DNA of 64,000 nt from positions 192,001 through 256,000 of the forward strand of contig CAWDML010000006.1 in the NCBI GenBank assembly GCA_963803435.1, read 5' to 3'. Each line of letters opens with the position of its first letter. The stretch's first letter is position 1. The notes beneath the pieces were generated by a model, which worked only from the letters and a program-made list of their open reading frames with translations, searched no databases and was not told the origin of the DNA. Origin of the DNA: an uncultured delta proteobacterium. GTDB lineage: Bacteria; Myxococcota; Kuafuiibacteriia; Kuafuiibacteriales; Kuafuiibacteriaceae. The position numbers were made by a program, and so were the translations under genes. This document shows positions 44,192 to 53,164 of the stretch, in pieces.

Positions 44192-44497
44192 TTAGATCAA
44201 CCCGTCGCTCGGGCGTCCCTTCTGGATTCGCCAGCGGCGGATGTTGCCTTCCAGATACGGATACGCGGTGAGGTAGTACGACTCGAAGTGGCCATCCGGA
44301 CTGGTCTTGGTCCGCAGCGTGTCCTGGATCAGGAACTTCGAGCCGATGATCGGGCGATCATCGGAGAGCTGGTCCTCTCCGTGGAGCACGACGCGCTCAC
44401 GGCGCATCAGATCCGCCACCTCGTCTGCGCTGGCGTTTTCGAGCTGATCGCACCACCTCTGCAGTCGCGTGACCAAGCCGTCGATCATTCCGTGCAC
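44192..44497 (-). CDS. Small hypothetical protein
   Basis: 101-aa ORF filling the gap between two same-strand genes; protein-like composition. Confidence 0.45.
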   Translation of the reverse strand: MHGMIDGLVTRLQRWCDQLENASADEVADLMRRERVVLHGEDQLSDDRPIIGSKFLIQDTLRTKTSPDGHFESYYLTAYPYLEGNIRRWRIQKGRPSDGLI

Positions 44498-44545
44498 TCA
44501 GATATGTCAACAGATCGGCGATGCCGTCGAGGGGGCCGAGGTAGG

Positions 44546-45892
44546 CTACTCGGTTCCGAGGTACGCATTGATCAGCGCCGTCGCGAACAGGTGTCCGACC
44601 AGATCGCCCCCCTTCGATCGGGGATGGACCATGTCGTCGTTCATGATCCCCTCCGCGAACCAGCGCCCGAACGCCCCCTCCCCGCCCATCGCCGTGTACG
44701 TGTCCCAGAAGGCGCAGCCGTGCGCCTGCGCCACAGCCTTTTGGATGTCGCGGACCTCGGTGAGGTAGCGCTTGCTTCCGATGGTGCCGTCCTCGTGGGC
44801 CTCGCCTGCGTCCATCGGGCCGACCAGCAGGCAGTCCGCGTCCGGCGCAAAGGCCCGGAGGCGCGCGACCAGCTTCTCGTGATCCTGCCGCACCTGGTCG
44901 AGCGTGCGCTTCTCCTCCCGCACCATCAGTGCGTCGTTCCCGCCCACCATCAGGACCACCAGATCCGGCGCCAGCGCCGTGAGGTGCTCCTCGAACGAGC
45001 GCTGCTCCAGCTCCAGATAGACCTTCGCGTCTGCACCGACCGGTCCGATCGAGTCGTAGATCAGGCCCGACTCCGTCGACTCGAAGGAGAGCCCGAAGAT
45101 CTCCGCGCCCGTCCCGTCGGCCACGATGTTGAGCGTCTCCGGCGGCGTGGCACCGCCGAGACGGTGCTCCGGAATCTCCACCTTCTCCACCAGGCTGCGT
45201 GCCCGCCGGTGACCGGTCGAGAACTCGTCGATCAGCTCCTCCTCTGCATACACCTTCACCGGCGCGCCCCCCCGGGTGCCGTGGTAGTAGATGCTCAGCT
45301 CGTGGTCGTTCGGCCGGAGCACGTACTTGGCCGACGCGCCCCTGCGCGTCGAGATCAGCCGCATCCCCGCGAAGCCGAAGGCATGCCCGGGACCGTCGGG
45401 ATCGACGATCCGCTGCCGCCGCCAGCCCATTCGTTTCAAACGACGACCGCCGTACGGCGCCCGCTGATCGATGACGACGAACCCGCGCCCCGCATCTCCG
45501 AAGCGTGCCTGGAGCCGCTCCCGGATCGTCCGCGTGATGTAGTCGGCCGCGATGTGCGAGTCGCCCAGATGCAGCACGCGGACCACGCCCTCCTTGGTCC
45601 GGTCGAGCTGATCGAGCTTGTGGAAGAACCAATCGAGGTCGCCCTTCGACTCGATGGGAAACGGCGTCGCGCCCACCGTCTTGGCCAGATCGTCGAGCTC
45701 CTGGCTGGCCGGGAACGGCCGCGTCCGCCGCGGCTTCTTCCGCGCCGGCTTGGGCGGCGGCTTCGGCGGCGGCGCCTCGGTATCGTCGGCGAAGGCCGCC
45801 TGCCGCCGATGACGCCAGCCCGACGGAGAGGACGCGCAGCCGAGGACGGTCGCCAGGATGAGAACCGCGTTCTTGTGGTTTCGCCCACCCAT
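44546..45892 (-). CDS. SGNH/GDSL hydrolase-family lipoprotein (PatB/Ape-like O-acetyltransferase or esterase)
   Basis: VLGC lipobox; LGDSH, RFGDAGRGF, GGNDA, DMVHP. Confidence 0.85.
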   Translation of the reverse strand: MGGRNHKNAVLILATVLGCASSPSGWRHRRQAAFADDTEAPPPKPPPKPARKKPRRTRPFPASQELDDLAKTVGATPFPIESKGDLDWFFHKLDQLDRTKEGVVRVLHLGDSHIAADYITRTIRERLQARFGDAGRGFVVIDQRAPYGGRRLKRMGWRRQRIVDPDGPGHAFGFAGMRLISTRRGASAKYVLRPNDHELSIYYHGTRGGAPVKVYAEEELIDEFSTGHRRARSLVEKVEIPEHRLGGATPPETLNIVADGTGAEIFGLSFESTESGLIYDSIGPVGADAKVYLELEQRSFEEHLTALAPDLVVLMVGGNDALMVREEKRTLDQVRQDHEKLVARLRAFAPDADCLLVGPMDAGEAHEDGTIGSKRYLTEVRDIQKAVAQAHGCAFWDTYTAMGGEGAFGRWFAEGIMNDDMVHPRSKGGDLVGHLFATALINAYLGTE

Positions 45893-45928
45893 CCGTTTCG
45901 GAGCTTTCCTCGTGATACCGTCCTCCGG

Positions 45929-47008
45929 GTGCTCCGTCGAGCCTCGATCCTCACGGTGACCCTGCTCCTGCCGCTCCCGGCCCAGGCATTTCCGGAGGGG
46001 CCATTCAAGCCCTCGTCCGAGCTCACGATCGCGCCCTGGGCGAAGGAGATGGATCAGTTGATCGCGCATCTCGAGCGTCACTTCCCCGGGCACATGAACG
46101 TGTATGTATCCGACCCGTGGCGGGGCTTCCGGTACGGGTACAAGGACGACATCGCGGTGTACCTCGCCTCGGTCGTCAAGACGACCTTCATGATCGAGGT
46201 CTTCCGCCAGCGCGAGCAGGGCAAGCTGACCTTCGACGACACGATCGAGTACACCGAGGACGACATCCGGGACGGCGCGCCCCGGGTCAACGACCAGCCC
46301 CTCGGCACGAAGCTCCCCATCTCGCTGCTGCTCGACTGGATGATCCGCTCCAGCGACAACGCGGCCGCCGACATGCTGGCCAAGCGTGTCGGCCTCCCCA
46401 ACGTCGAGCGCGGTCTGGTCGCGGAGGGCCTCCTCGGGTTCACGCGGCTCACGTACCTGATCGACGTGCGGCGCGGCTTCTTCCGCGAGGTGGACATCAC
46501 CGCGGACGACCTCTCGCCGTCCGACGTCCGAGAGATCCGGTGGACCCCGATCTGGGAGCCCCAGATCCGCAAGCTGGAGGAGAAGCTGGGGCGCCCACCC
46601 CTCACCTTCGACCGGAAGATGATGTTCGACGCGTACGACCGCTACTACGCGACCCACGTCAACGGGGCCCCCATGCGCACGATGGGCCTGATCTACGAGA
46701 AGATCGTGCGAAAAGAGCTGGTCAGCCCGAAGGGGAGCGAGGACATGTTCATCCTCCTCGGCGACGCGCGCACCAGCGAGCACCGGATCCTGGGGCGCCT
46801 CCCCAAGGGAACGGTCGTCATGCACAAGACGGGGAGCCAGTTCAACCGATGTTGTGATACCGGGATCGTCATGCTGCCCGACGATCAGCCGCTGATCGTG
46901 GCCGTCTGCACCCAGGACGGCCCAGTGCCGAAGGCCGAGGACAGCATCGCCCAGATCACCCGCAAGGCTTACGATCTCGCAATCGAGGACCACCAGAGGC
47001 TACGATGA
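45929..47008 (+). CDS. Class A beta-lactamase-like serine hydrolase, paralog 1
   Basis: Signal peptide (PAQA); SVVK, SDN, HKTG; long insert where the omega loop lies. Confidence 0.85.
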   Translation: MLRRASILTVTLLLPLPAQAFPEGPFKPSSELTIAPWAKEMDQLIAHLERHFPGHMNVYVSDPWRGFRYGYKDDIAVYLASVVKTTFMIEVFRQREQGKLTFDDTIEYTEDDIRDGAPRVNDQPLGTKLPISLLLDWMIRSSDNAAADMLAKRVGLPNVERGLVAEGLLGFTRLTYLIDVRRGFFREVDITADDLSPSDVREIRWTPIWEPQIRKLEEKLGRPPLTFDRKMMFDAYDRYYATHVNGAPMRTMGLIYEKIVRKELVSPKGSEDMFILLGDARTSEHRILGRLPKGTVVMHKTGSQFNRCCDTGIVMLPDDQPLIVAVCTQDGPVPKAEDSIAQITRKAYDLAIEDHQRLR

Positions 47009-48225
47009 CGTCGGTGCGCGGGCTGCTCGGGCTTCCTCTTCTGATGATGCTTTCTTCGCCGGCGCGCGCCGACGACTACTTCCCCTCCTGGCCGGTGGCG
47101 CTCCAAACGGACGTGGTTCGAGCGGCCCGGAGCTTCCCCGGCGAGTTCGCGCTCTACATCAAGGACCTCAGCTCGGGCACCCGCTACGAGTACAACTCCG
47201 CGACGCCGATCTATCTCGCCTCCACGATCAAGGTGGCCGTCATGGTCGAGCTGTTCCGTCAGGTCGAGGCGAAGCAAGTGTCGCTCGAGGACGAGCTCAT
47301 CTACAGCGCACCCGACGTCCGCGACGGCGCACCGCTCCTCTCCTTCCTTCGGATCGGCACGCCGGTCTCGGTGCAGATCCTCCTCGAGGCGATGATCCAG
47401 CACAGCGACAACGCCGCCACCGACATGTTGATCCGCCACATCGGGATCGACAACGTGAACCGCGGGCTGGTGAAGGAGGGGGTGTTCGGCTTCGGCCCGA
47501 TCACCACGCTCCTCGACGTGCGCCGGTTGATGTACCAGCACATCGATCCGGCGACGGCCGACTTCACGCCCCAGCAGATCTTCCAGCTCGGCGTGGTGCG
47601 GCCCCTCGACATGCGTCTTCAGGCGCTCGCCGAGCTCCTCGATCGACCGCCGGGCTCTCTGACCAAGGTCGACTGGAACCGCGCGTTCGAGGCCTACTAC
47701 GAGGTCGGCTACAACACCGCGCCCTTGGAGGCGATGGCCGCGCTCCTCGAGGGCCTGGAGCGGGGGAAGATCGTCAACGCGGCCCGCAGCCGGCAGATGC
47801 TCGAGGTCATGATGGGCACCCAGACCGGGACGCGGCGCATGCGGGCCGGGCTCCCGGCAGGCACGCTCATCGCGCACAAGACCGGGACGCAATACCGGCG
47901 CATCTGCGACGTCGGCATCTTCTACATGCCGAACAACCGGCCCATCCTCTTCACCGCGTGCGTGAAGGGTGGGCGTAAGTCTCAAGCAGAGGACCTGATC
48001 GCCCGCATCGCCCGCCGCACCTACTGGCACCTGTCACCGCCCACCGAGCGAAAGCGGCTGCGCTTCCCCACGGAGTCGGCGGCCGCCACGCCGGAGGTGG
48101 AGGATGAGGGCGACGAGGACGAGGAGCTGATGGCACCCGCGCTGCGCTCGAAGATCAAAGCACTGACGAAGCGGAAGTCCCGCAAGAAGGCGCCGTCGCC
48201 GCCGGCCAAGAAACCGAGCAAGTAG
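47005..48225 (+). CDS. Class A beta-lactamase-like serine hydrolase, paralog 2
   Basis: Signal peptide (PARA); STIK, SDN, HKTG; same insert; acidic then basic C-terminal tail. Confidence 0.87.
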   Translation: MTSVRGLLGLPLLMMLSSPARADDYFPSWPVALQTDVVRAARSFPGEFALYIKDLSSGTRYEYNSATPIYLASTIKVAVMVELFRQVEAKQVSLEDELIYSAPDVRDGAPLLSFLRIGTPVSVQILLEAMIQHSDNAATDMLIRHIGIDNVNRGLVKEGVFGFGPITTLLDVRRLMYQHIDPATADFTPQQIFQLGVVRPLDMRLQALAELLDRPPGSLTKVDWNRAFEAYYEVGYNTAPLEAMAALLEGLERGKIVNAARSRQMLEVMMGTQTGTRRMRAGLPAGTLIAHKTGTQYRRICDVGIFYMPNNRPILFTACVKGGRKSQAEDLIARIARRTYWHLSPPTERKRLRFPTESAAATPEVEDEGDEDEELMAPALRSKIKALTKRKSRKKAPSPPAKKPSK

Positions 48226-48231
48226 CTTGCG

Positions 48232-49440
48232 ATGACCAAGGGCATCGCCGAGACCTGGCGCGAGCTGATCGCCGTGGTGCAGTCGGGCGATCCGGCGCAA
48301 CTCGATGCGTTCGAGACCTCGCTCGGCGGGCGCAGCCTCCACCCCTCCTTCCGCTCCGCGATCGACGCGCAGATCAAGGTTGCACGCGGCGAGTCTCAGG
48401 CGGCGTGGGAGCAGCTGATCTCCGCCTCCCAGGGGCGCGAGCTCGGCCCGCACGAGCGCCTGATGCGCGGTCTCCTGTTGATGGAGCAAGGGAAGCTTCC
48501 GCACGCGCTCGAGGACCTGAAGTCGGCCCGGCGCGCCAACCTCTGGGATCCGCGCGTCGAGGGGGGCATCGCGAACATCGCCCTGGGCCGCGGCGACATC
48601 GAGCCCGCCGAGCGGTTCCTCAGCCGATCGCTGGAGAAGGCCCCCGAGCAGTGGCCGGAGCGCATGAAGCTGTGCCTGGTGCAGCGGCGACTCGGCAAGT
48701 TCAAGGTGGCGCTGGACTCGGCCATCCGCATCACCAAGGAGGCGCCCGACTTCGAGGACGGCTGGCTGATGCGGGCCGGGATCCTCGTCGACATGGGACG
48801 GGCCGGTGAGGCCTTGCACCTGGTGCTCCCGGTCGCCCAGAAGAACCTCGGTTGGGTGCGCCTCCGCGTGGCGGTGGTCGACATCCTGCGGGCCGCCGGC
48901 AGGTACGACGAGGCCATCGGTACACTCGCGCCGATCGCCGTGAAGCACGGGGACCCTCACCTGCTGATGGATCTGATCGAGCTCTACCTGCTCGTGAATC
49001 AGATCGACGCGGCCGACGCCATGTTCGAGTTGATCGAGGCGATCCGCGTCGACAGCGCGCGGCTGGCGTTTCTCCGCGGGGCCGTCGCCGAGGCCAAGGG
49101 TGAGGCGCACCACGAGGAGGCGGTGCTCCACTACGAGGTCGCGATCGAGCAGGATCCAACCTTCTGGCGATCGCTCGACGCACTCGCGTCGGTCCTATCG
49201 ATCGAGGGCCCGCTCCACGACCCCACGCGGGCGCGCGCGCTCTACGAGCAGGCCGCGGCGCACCCGGAGCGGCCGGTCCGCCCGCTGCTCAACCTCACCC
49301 TGTGCTGGGCCGACGAAGGCCGCTTCGAGCCAGCGATCACCAAGGTGAAGGAGATCCTCGCGTGGCAGGATCTCCGGTTCGAAGATCGCGAGCTCGCCAA
49401 GAAGGTGCTCGCGCTCATCGAGAAGGAGAGGAAGAAGTGA
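48232..49440 (+). CDS. Tetratricopeptide-repeat protein
   Basis: Repeated TPR-like G..L...G...A...L..A...P helices over about 400 aa. Confidence 0.75.
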   Translation: MTKGIAETWRELIAVVQSGDPAQLDAFETSLGGRSLHPSFRSAIDAQIKVARGESQAAWEQLISASQGRELGPHERLMRGLLLMEQGKLPHALEDLKSARRANLWDPRVEGGIANIALGRGDIEPAERFLSRSLEKAPEQWPERMKLCLVQRRLGKFKVALDSAIRITKEAPDFEDGWLMRAGILVDMGRAGEALHLVLPVAQKNLGWVRLRVAVVDILRAAGRYDEAIGTLAPIAVKHGDPHLLMDLIELYLLVNQIDAADAMFELIEAIRVDSARLAFLRGAVAEAKGEAHHEEAVLHYEVAIEQDPTFWRSLDALASVLSIEGPLHDPTRARALYEQAAAHPERPVRPLLNLTLCWADEGRFEPAITKVKEILAWQDLRFEDRELAKKVLALIEKERKK

Positions 49441-50345
49441 GCGAGGAGAAGCGAAAGAAGAACCTCATGCGCTTCGTCCAGGCGGGTCGCCGGACCGGCC
49501 TCGATCTGCGCCAGCGGCGCAACCCGGTGGAGATGGGCGGCTCGACGGCCCCCTCCGAGATTGAGCGCGTGCTCGGCGAGGCGGAGGCAAAGGTCGACGG
49601 CACCCTCTGGGAGCGCGACTGGGCCTCGACGGCGCTGCGCAGTGTGGAGCGCTCCCTCGACGGCGCTGCGCTCGAGGCCCTGCACCCGAGGATCGATCGG
49701 ATCGCCAAGCGGCTCGACGAGGCCGACGAGCGGGAGATCGGCCCCCTCCGCGGCGCGCTCGCCGCCGGGACGTTCGGCGCGAAGGACTTCCTGGCGGCGC
49801 TCGACGATTGCCCGCCCTATCAGTGGGACGCGTTCACTCGGCGCCTCCTCCTGGTGCACCACGTGCCCGTGCGCGAGACCGAGCGGCCGCCCATGATGGT
49901 CCACTATCTGCCGAGCCCGCTCGACGCGATCCTCGCCATCGCGGAGATCCTCTCGCCCGAGGACGTCTTCTACGACATCGGCTCCGGGCTGGGGCTGGTC
50001 ACGATGCTGGTGGCCTGGATCTCCGGCGCCCGCGCGAAGGGCGTCGAGTACGAGCCCGCGTATCACCGGCGCGCGGTGGAGCTCGCCGAGCAGCTGCGCA
50101 TGCCTCGGGTGGAATACATCCAGTCGGACGCGCGCGCGGTCGACTATGCGGATGGCACCGTCTTCTACGTCTACGACACGTTCCGCGGGCCGATCCTCGA
50201 GGAGATGATTGAGGTCCTCTCGCACCAGCGCGCCCGCGGCATCCGGGTCGTCTCCCGCGGCAAGAGCACGCCGGTCTTCGAGCAGGTGTCGTGGTTGAGG
50301 AAGCGCGGCGAGCTGGAGAGCCAGCTCACCCTGTTCACGGCGTGA
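49437..50345 (+). CDS. Class I SAM-dependent methyltransferase (DOT1-like motif layout)
   Basis: YLPS, DVFYDIGSGLG, GVEYE, TVFYVY; GTGA overlap with the TPR gene. Confidence 0.8.
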   Translation: MSEEKRKKNLMRFVQAGRRTGLDLRQRRNPVEMGGSTAPSEIERVLGEAEAKVDGTLWERDWASTALRSVERSLDGAALEALHPRIDRIAKRLDEADEREIGPLRGALAAGTFGAKDFLAALDDCPPYQWDAFTRRLLLVHHVPVRETERPPMMVHYLPSPLDAILAIAEILSPEDVFYDIGSGLGLVTMLVAWISGARAKGVEYEPAYHRRAVELAEQLRMPRVEYIQSDARAVDYADGTVFYVYDTFRGPILEEMIEVLSHQRARGIRVVSRGKSTPVFEQVSWLRKRGELESQLTLFTA

Positions 50346-50389
50346 GCGGGGGAGTTGGCTCCCATGGGGTGGACACCGGGTGGGGAGGC

Positions 50390-50444
50390 CTCGGCCGTGC
50401 CTGGTCCCTGAGAGAGGGTTGGTGGATACCGGGACGCGGCCGAG
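50390..50444. other. Intergenic imperfect stem-loop (possible sRNA or terminator element)
   Basis: CTCGGCCGTGCCTGGT (50390-50405) pairs imperfectly with ACCGGGACGCGGCCGAG (50428-50444); inner CCCT/AGGG hairpin. Confidence 0.4.
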
Positions 50445-50486
50445 AGCCCATCAATCCATACGAGGCAGGGCCGAGATTTTTTTTTC

Positions 50487-51539
50487 TCAGTGGCAGATAT
50501 CGCCGACGCCGTCGCAGTCGAGATCCACGCAGTCCGGAATGCCGTCGCCGTCGGTGTCGAGGGGATGCGGAAAACACCCGCCCCCGAGCGACACGTCCGC
50601 GACGCCGTCGCAGTCCAGATCCACGCCGTCCGGGACGCCGTCACCGTCGGCATCCACGGGCGTCGGCGCGCAGGTGCTGATGTCGATCTGACCATCGCAG
50701 TCCAGGTCGATCCCGTCCGTGTTCCCGTCGCCGTCCGTGTCGATCTCCTGCGGGACACACTGCGGCACGTCGATCTGCCCATCGCAGTCGAGATCGATCC
50801 CATCCGGAACGCCGTCGCCGTTCGCGTCGATCGGCTGGGGGATGCAACCGTTGTTGCCGCCGCCGCCGTTCGCAGGCACGTCGATCTGCCCGTCGCAGTC
50901 GAGATCGATCCCATCCGGCACGCCGTCGCCGTCCGCGTCGACCGGCGCCGGGACGCAGCCGCCGTTCGCAGGCACATCGATCTGGCCGTCGCAGTCGAGA
51001 TCCACGCCGTCGGGGACGCCGTCGCCGTCCGCGTCGATCGGCTGGGGAACGCAGCCGTTGTTGCCGCCGTTGCCGGGCACGTCGATCTGGCCGTCGCAGT
51101 CCGTATCGACGCCGTCGGGAATGCCGTCGCCGTCCACGTCGATCGCCGCCGGCGCGCAGATCGCGACGTCCGCGACGCCGTCACAGTCCGTGTCGATGCC
51201 GTCCGGAACGCCGTCGCCATCCGCGTCGATCGGCTGCGGGACGCACGGCGGATTCAGCGCGACATCGGCGACGCCGTCGCAGTCCGTATCGATCCCGTCC
51301 GGAACGCCGTCGCCATCGGCATCGACCGGCTGCGGGATGCACGCCGGGTGCAGCGCGATGTCCGCGGCCGTGCACGCGCCGTCGTTGTCGACGTCGAGGC
51401 AGTCCGGGGTCCCGTCGCCGTCGTCGTCGAGCGGGGCCAGCTGATCGGTGCTCGTGCGGAGCTCCACGTCGTCCGGTGCGCGGCTGCAGGCCGCCACGAG
51501 AAGGGCAGCGCCCAGGAGGGGGATCGAAAACCTCATCAT
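50487..51539 (-). CDS. Lipoprotein built from 10 Asp/Cys-rich repeats (thrombospondin type 3-like Ca-binding)
   Basis: VAAC lipobox; unit consensus CxPxPxDxDGDGxPDGxDxDCDGxxDV. Confidence 0.85.
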   Translation of the reverse strand: MMRFSIPLLGAALLVAACSRAPDDVELRTSTDQLAPLDDDGDGTPDCLDVDNDGACTAADIALHPACIPQPVDADGDGVPDGIDTDCDGVADVALNPPCVPQPIDADGDGVPDGIDTDCDGVADVAICAPAAIDVDGDGIPDGVDTDCDGQIDVPGNGGNNGCVPQPIDADGDGVPDGVDLDCDGQIDVPANGGCVPAPVDADGDGVPDGIDLDCDGQIDVPANGGGGNNGCIPQPIDANGDGVPDGIDLDCDGQIDVPQCVPQEIDTDGDGNTDGIDLDCDGQIDISTCAPTPVDADGDGVPDGVDLDCDGVADVSLGGGCFPHPLDTDGDGIPDCVDLDCDGVGDICH

Positions 51540-51552
51540 GGCGGGCTGGAAG

Positions 51553-51568
51553 AGCAAGACCGTTGCCA
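51553..51568 (-). promoter_or_regulatory. sigma54 promoter for the repeat lipoprotein
   Basis: Minus strand TGGCAACGGTCTTGCT, close to the consensus TGGCAC-N5-TTGC. Confidence 0.75.
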
Positions 51569-51685
51569 AGCCTCACGGGAGGGGGCGCGGCTCGGTTTTT
51601 GGGGGCCAGAAACGCGGGGGTTGTGCAGTCGACTTGGCAGGTCCGCGAGGGACCCGGGGGGAGGAGGCGGTTCTCCGAGTCATTC

Positions 51686-51715
51686 CGATTGCTTGCCGCG
51701 CGGAGGTCGATTGCT
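51686..51715. promoter_or_regulatory. Direct repeat CGATTGCT x2 (22-bp period), candidate enhancer for a sigma54 activator
   Basis: Perfect 8-mers at 51686-51693 and 51708-51715, about 120-150 bp upstream of the -24 box. Confidence 0.55.
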
Positions 51716-51741
51716 CACGGCGGGTGACAGGCTCCGGAGAC

Positions 51742-53142
51742 TCAAAGCCCCCGCTGGATCCGGGTCGTCCGGTTCGGCCGGATCGTCACCGTGATCCTCC
51801 GAACCAACCCGAGCTCCTCGTTCTTGAGCGTCAGCTCGTGCCGCCCTGCCGGCAGCTTCACGTCCACCACCGGCGTCATCCCGAGCATCCGCCGCCCCAG
51901 ATACACCTGGGTCCAGGGCCGCGTATCGATGGTGAGCCGTCCGGTCTGAGCCCGCCGCCGCCTCACCGCCCGCCGCTCGACCGGACGCTCCGCCACGCTG
52001 GCCGTGATCACCGGCGGCGCCGACACGGCCACCGTGATCGCCGGCGGTGGCGGAGGCGGCGCGGGCGGCTCCCGCTCCGGCTCGGCCCGTCCCCTGAACA
52101 CCGCCAATACGCCGATCGCCGCCGCAAGCAGGCTCGCCAGCGCCACGATCGCAGCTCGGCCCGGCCCGCGCGCCGGAGCGCCCATCGACCCGTCCGTCGC
52201 CCGCGTCAATCGCGTGAGGCTGGTGAGCTGCGTGATCCGCGAGAGCACGCGAAGCGGCGCGCTCCGCGGCGCCAGCTGATCGATCACGTCCGCCAGGTGT
52301 GCGCGCGTCCCCTCGAGGCCGCGCGAGCCCACGAAGATCTCCAGCTCCGCCTGGACCTCCCGCGCCGAGCCGGGCCGTCGATCCGGAGAGGGCGCGAGCA
52401 GCCGCGACACCGTGGGCCACAGCGCCTCGGTGATCTCGCCCGGCCGCGCGATCGCGCCCTCCGAGGTCCCCGGAGGCGTCTCGCCGCAGATCAGCTCGTA
52501 CAGCACGACCCCGACGCCGAAGAGGTCCGCCCGATGATCCACGGCCAGCGCGCTCTGCTGCTCGGGCGCCATGTACCGCTGGGTACCCATGGCAGACAGC
52601 GCCTCGTCCTCGCGGGTCACCGCGATCCCGAAGTCGAGCAGCTTGACCGCGCCGTCGCGCGTCAGCATCACGTTGCGCGCGCTGACGTCCCGGTGCACCA
52701 GCTGCATCGGCCGTCCCTGCTCGTCGCGGGCCGCGTGGATCGCCTGCAGCGCACCCAGGAGATCGATCGCGATCCGGCACGCCACCCCCGCCGTCAACAA
52801 GCCCACACGAGAGAGCAGATCCGCGACGGTGAAGCCGTCGACGTACTCCATCGCCAGGTAATACTGACCGTCGATCTGCCCGAAGCTCGATACGTGGACC
52901 AGGTTCGGGTGATCGATCAGCGCGGCCAGGCGCGCCTCCTTGAGGAACAGCTCGGTGAAGTGCGGTGAGGCGGAGAGGTGCGGGAGGATCCGCTTGATGA
53001 CGAGGTTCTTCTCGAATCCGCCCGGCCCTTCGCGCTTCGCCAGGAACACCTCGGCCATGCCGCCCGCGCCCAGGCGGCGGATCAGCCGATACTCGCCAAA
53101 CGGTATGCCCGCGGTGCCCGTAGCTGTGCGATCATAGCCCAT
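51742..53142 (-). CDS. Membrane Ser/Thr protein kinase with C-terminal PEGA domain
   Basis: GAGGMAEVF, IKRILP, HRDVSARN, DFG, YMAPE; TM helix; PWTQVY...LGMTP...LPAGRH. Confidence 0.92.
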   Translation of the reverse strand: MGYDRTATGTAGIPFGEYRLIRRLGAGGMAEVFLAKREGPGGFEKNLVIKRILPHLSASPHFTELFLKEARLAALIDHPNLVHVSSFGQIDGQYYLAMEYVDGFTVADLLSRVGLLTAGVACRIAIDLLGALQAIHAARDEQGRPMQLVHRDVSARNVMLTRDGAVKLLDFGIAVTREDEALSAMGTQRYMAPEQQSALAVDHRADLFGVGVVLYELICGETPPGTSEGAIARPGEITEALWPTVSRLLAPSPDRRPGSAREVQAELEIFVGSRGLEGTRAHLADVIDQLAPRSAPLRVLSRITQLTSLTRLTRATDGSMGAPARGPGRAAIVALASLLAAAIGVLAVFRGRAEPEREPPAPPPPPPAITVAVSAPPVITASVAERPVERRAVRRRRAQTGRLTIDTRPWTQVYLGRRMLGMTPVVDVKLPAGRHELTLKNEELGLVRRITVTIRPNRTTRIQRGL

Positions 53143-53164
53143 CGTCCCCCACGCGCTCATCCTC

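Noticed and set aside
45929-48225. Acquired antibiotic-resistance genes
   Set aside because: Host-like GC, no mobile context and no canonical Glu166 omega loop; resistance cannot be claimed from sequence.
50487-51430. Regularly spaced DNA repeats resembling a CRISPR array
   Set aside because: The repeats are in frame, vary at synonymous positions and encode protein units; there are no unique spacers or cas genes.
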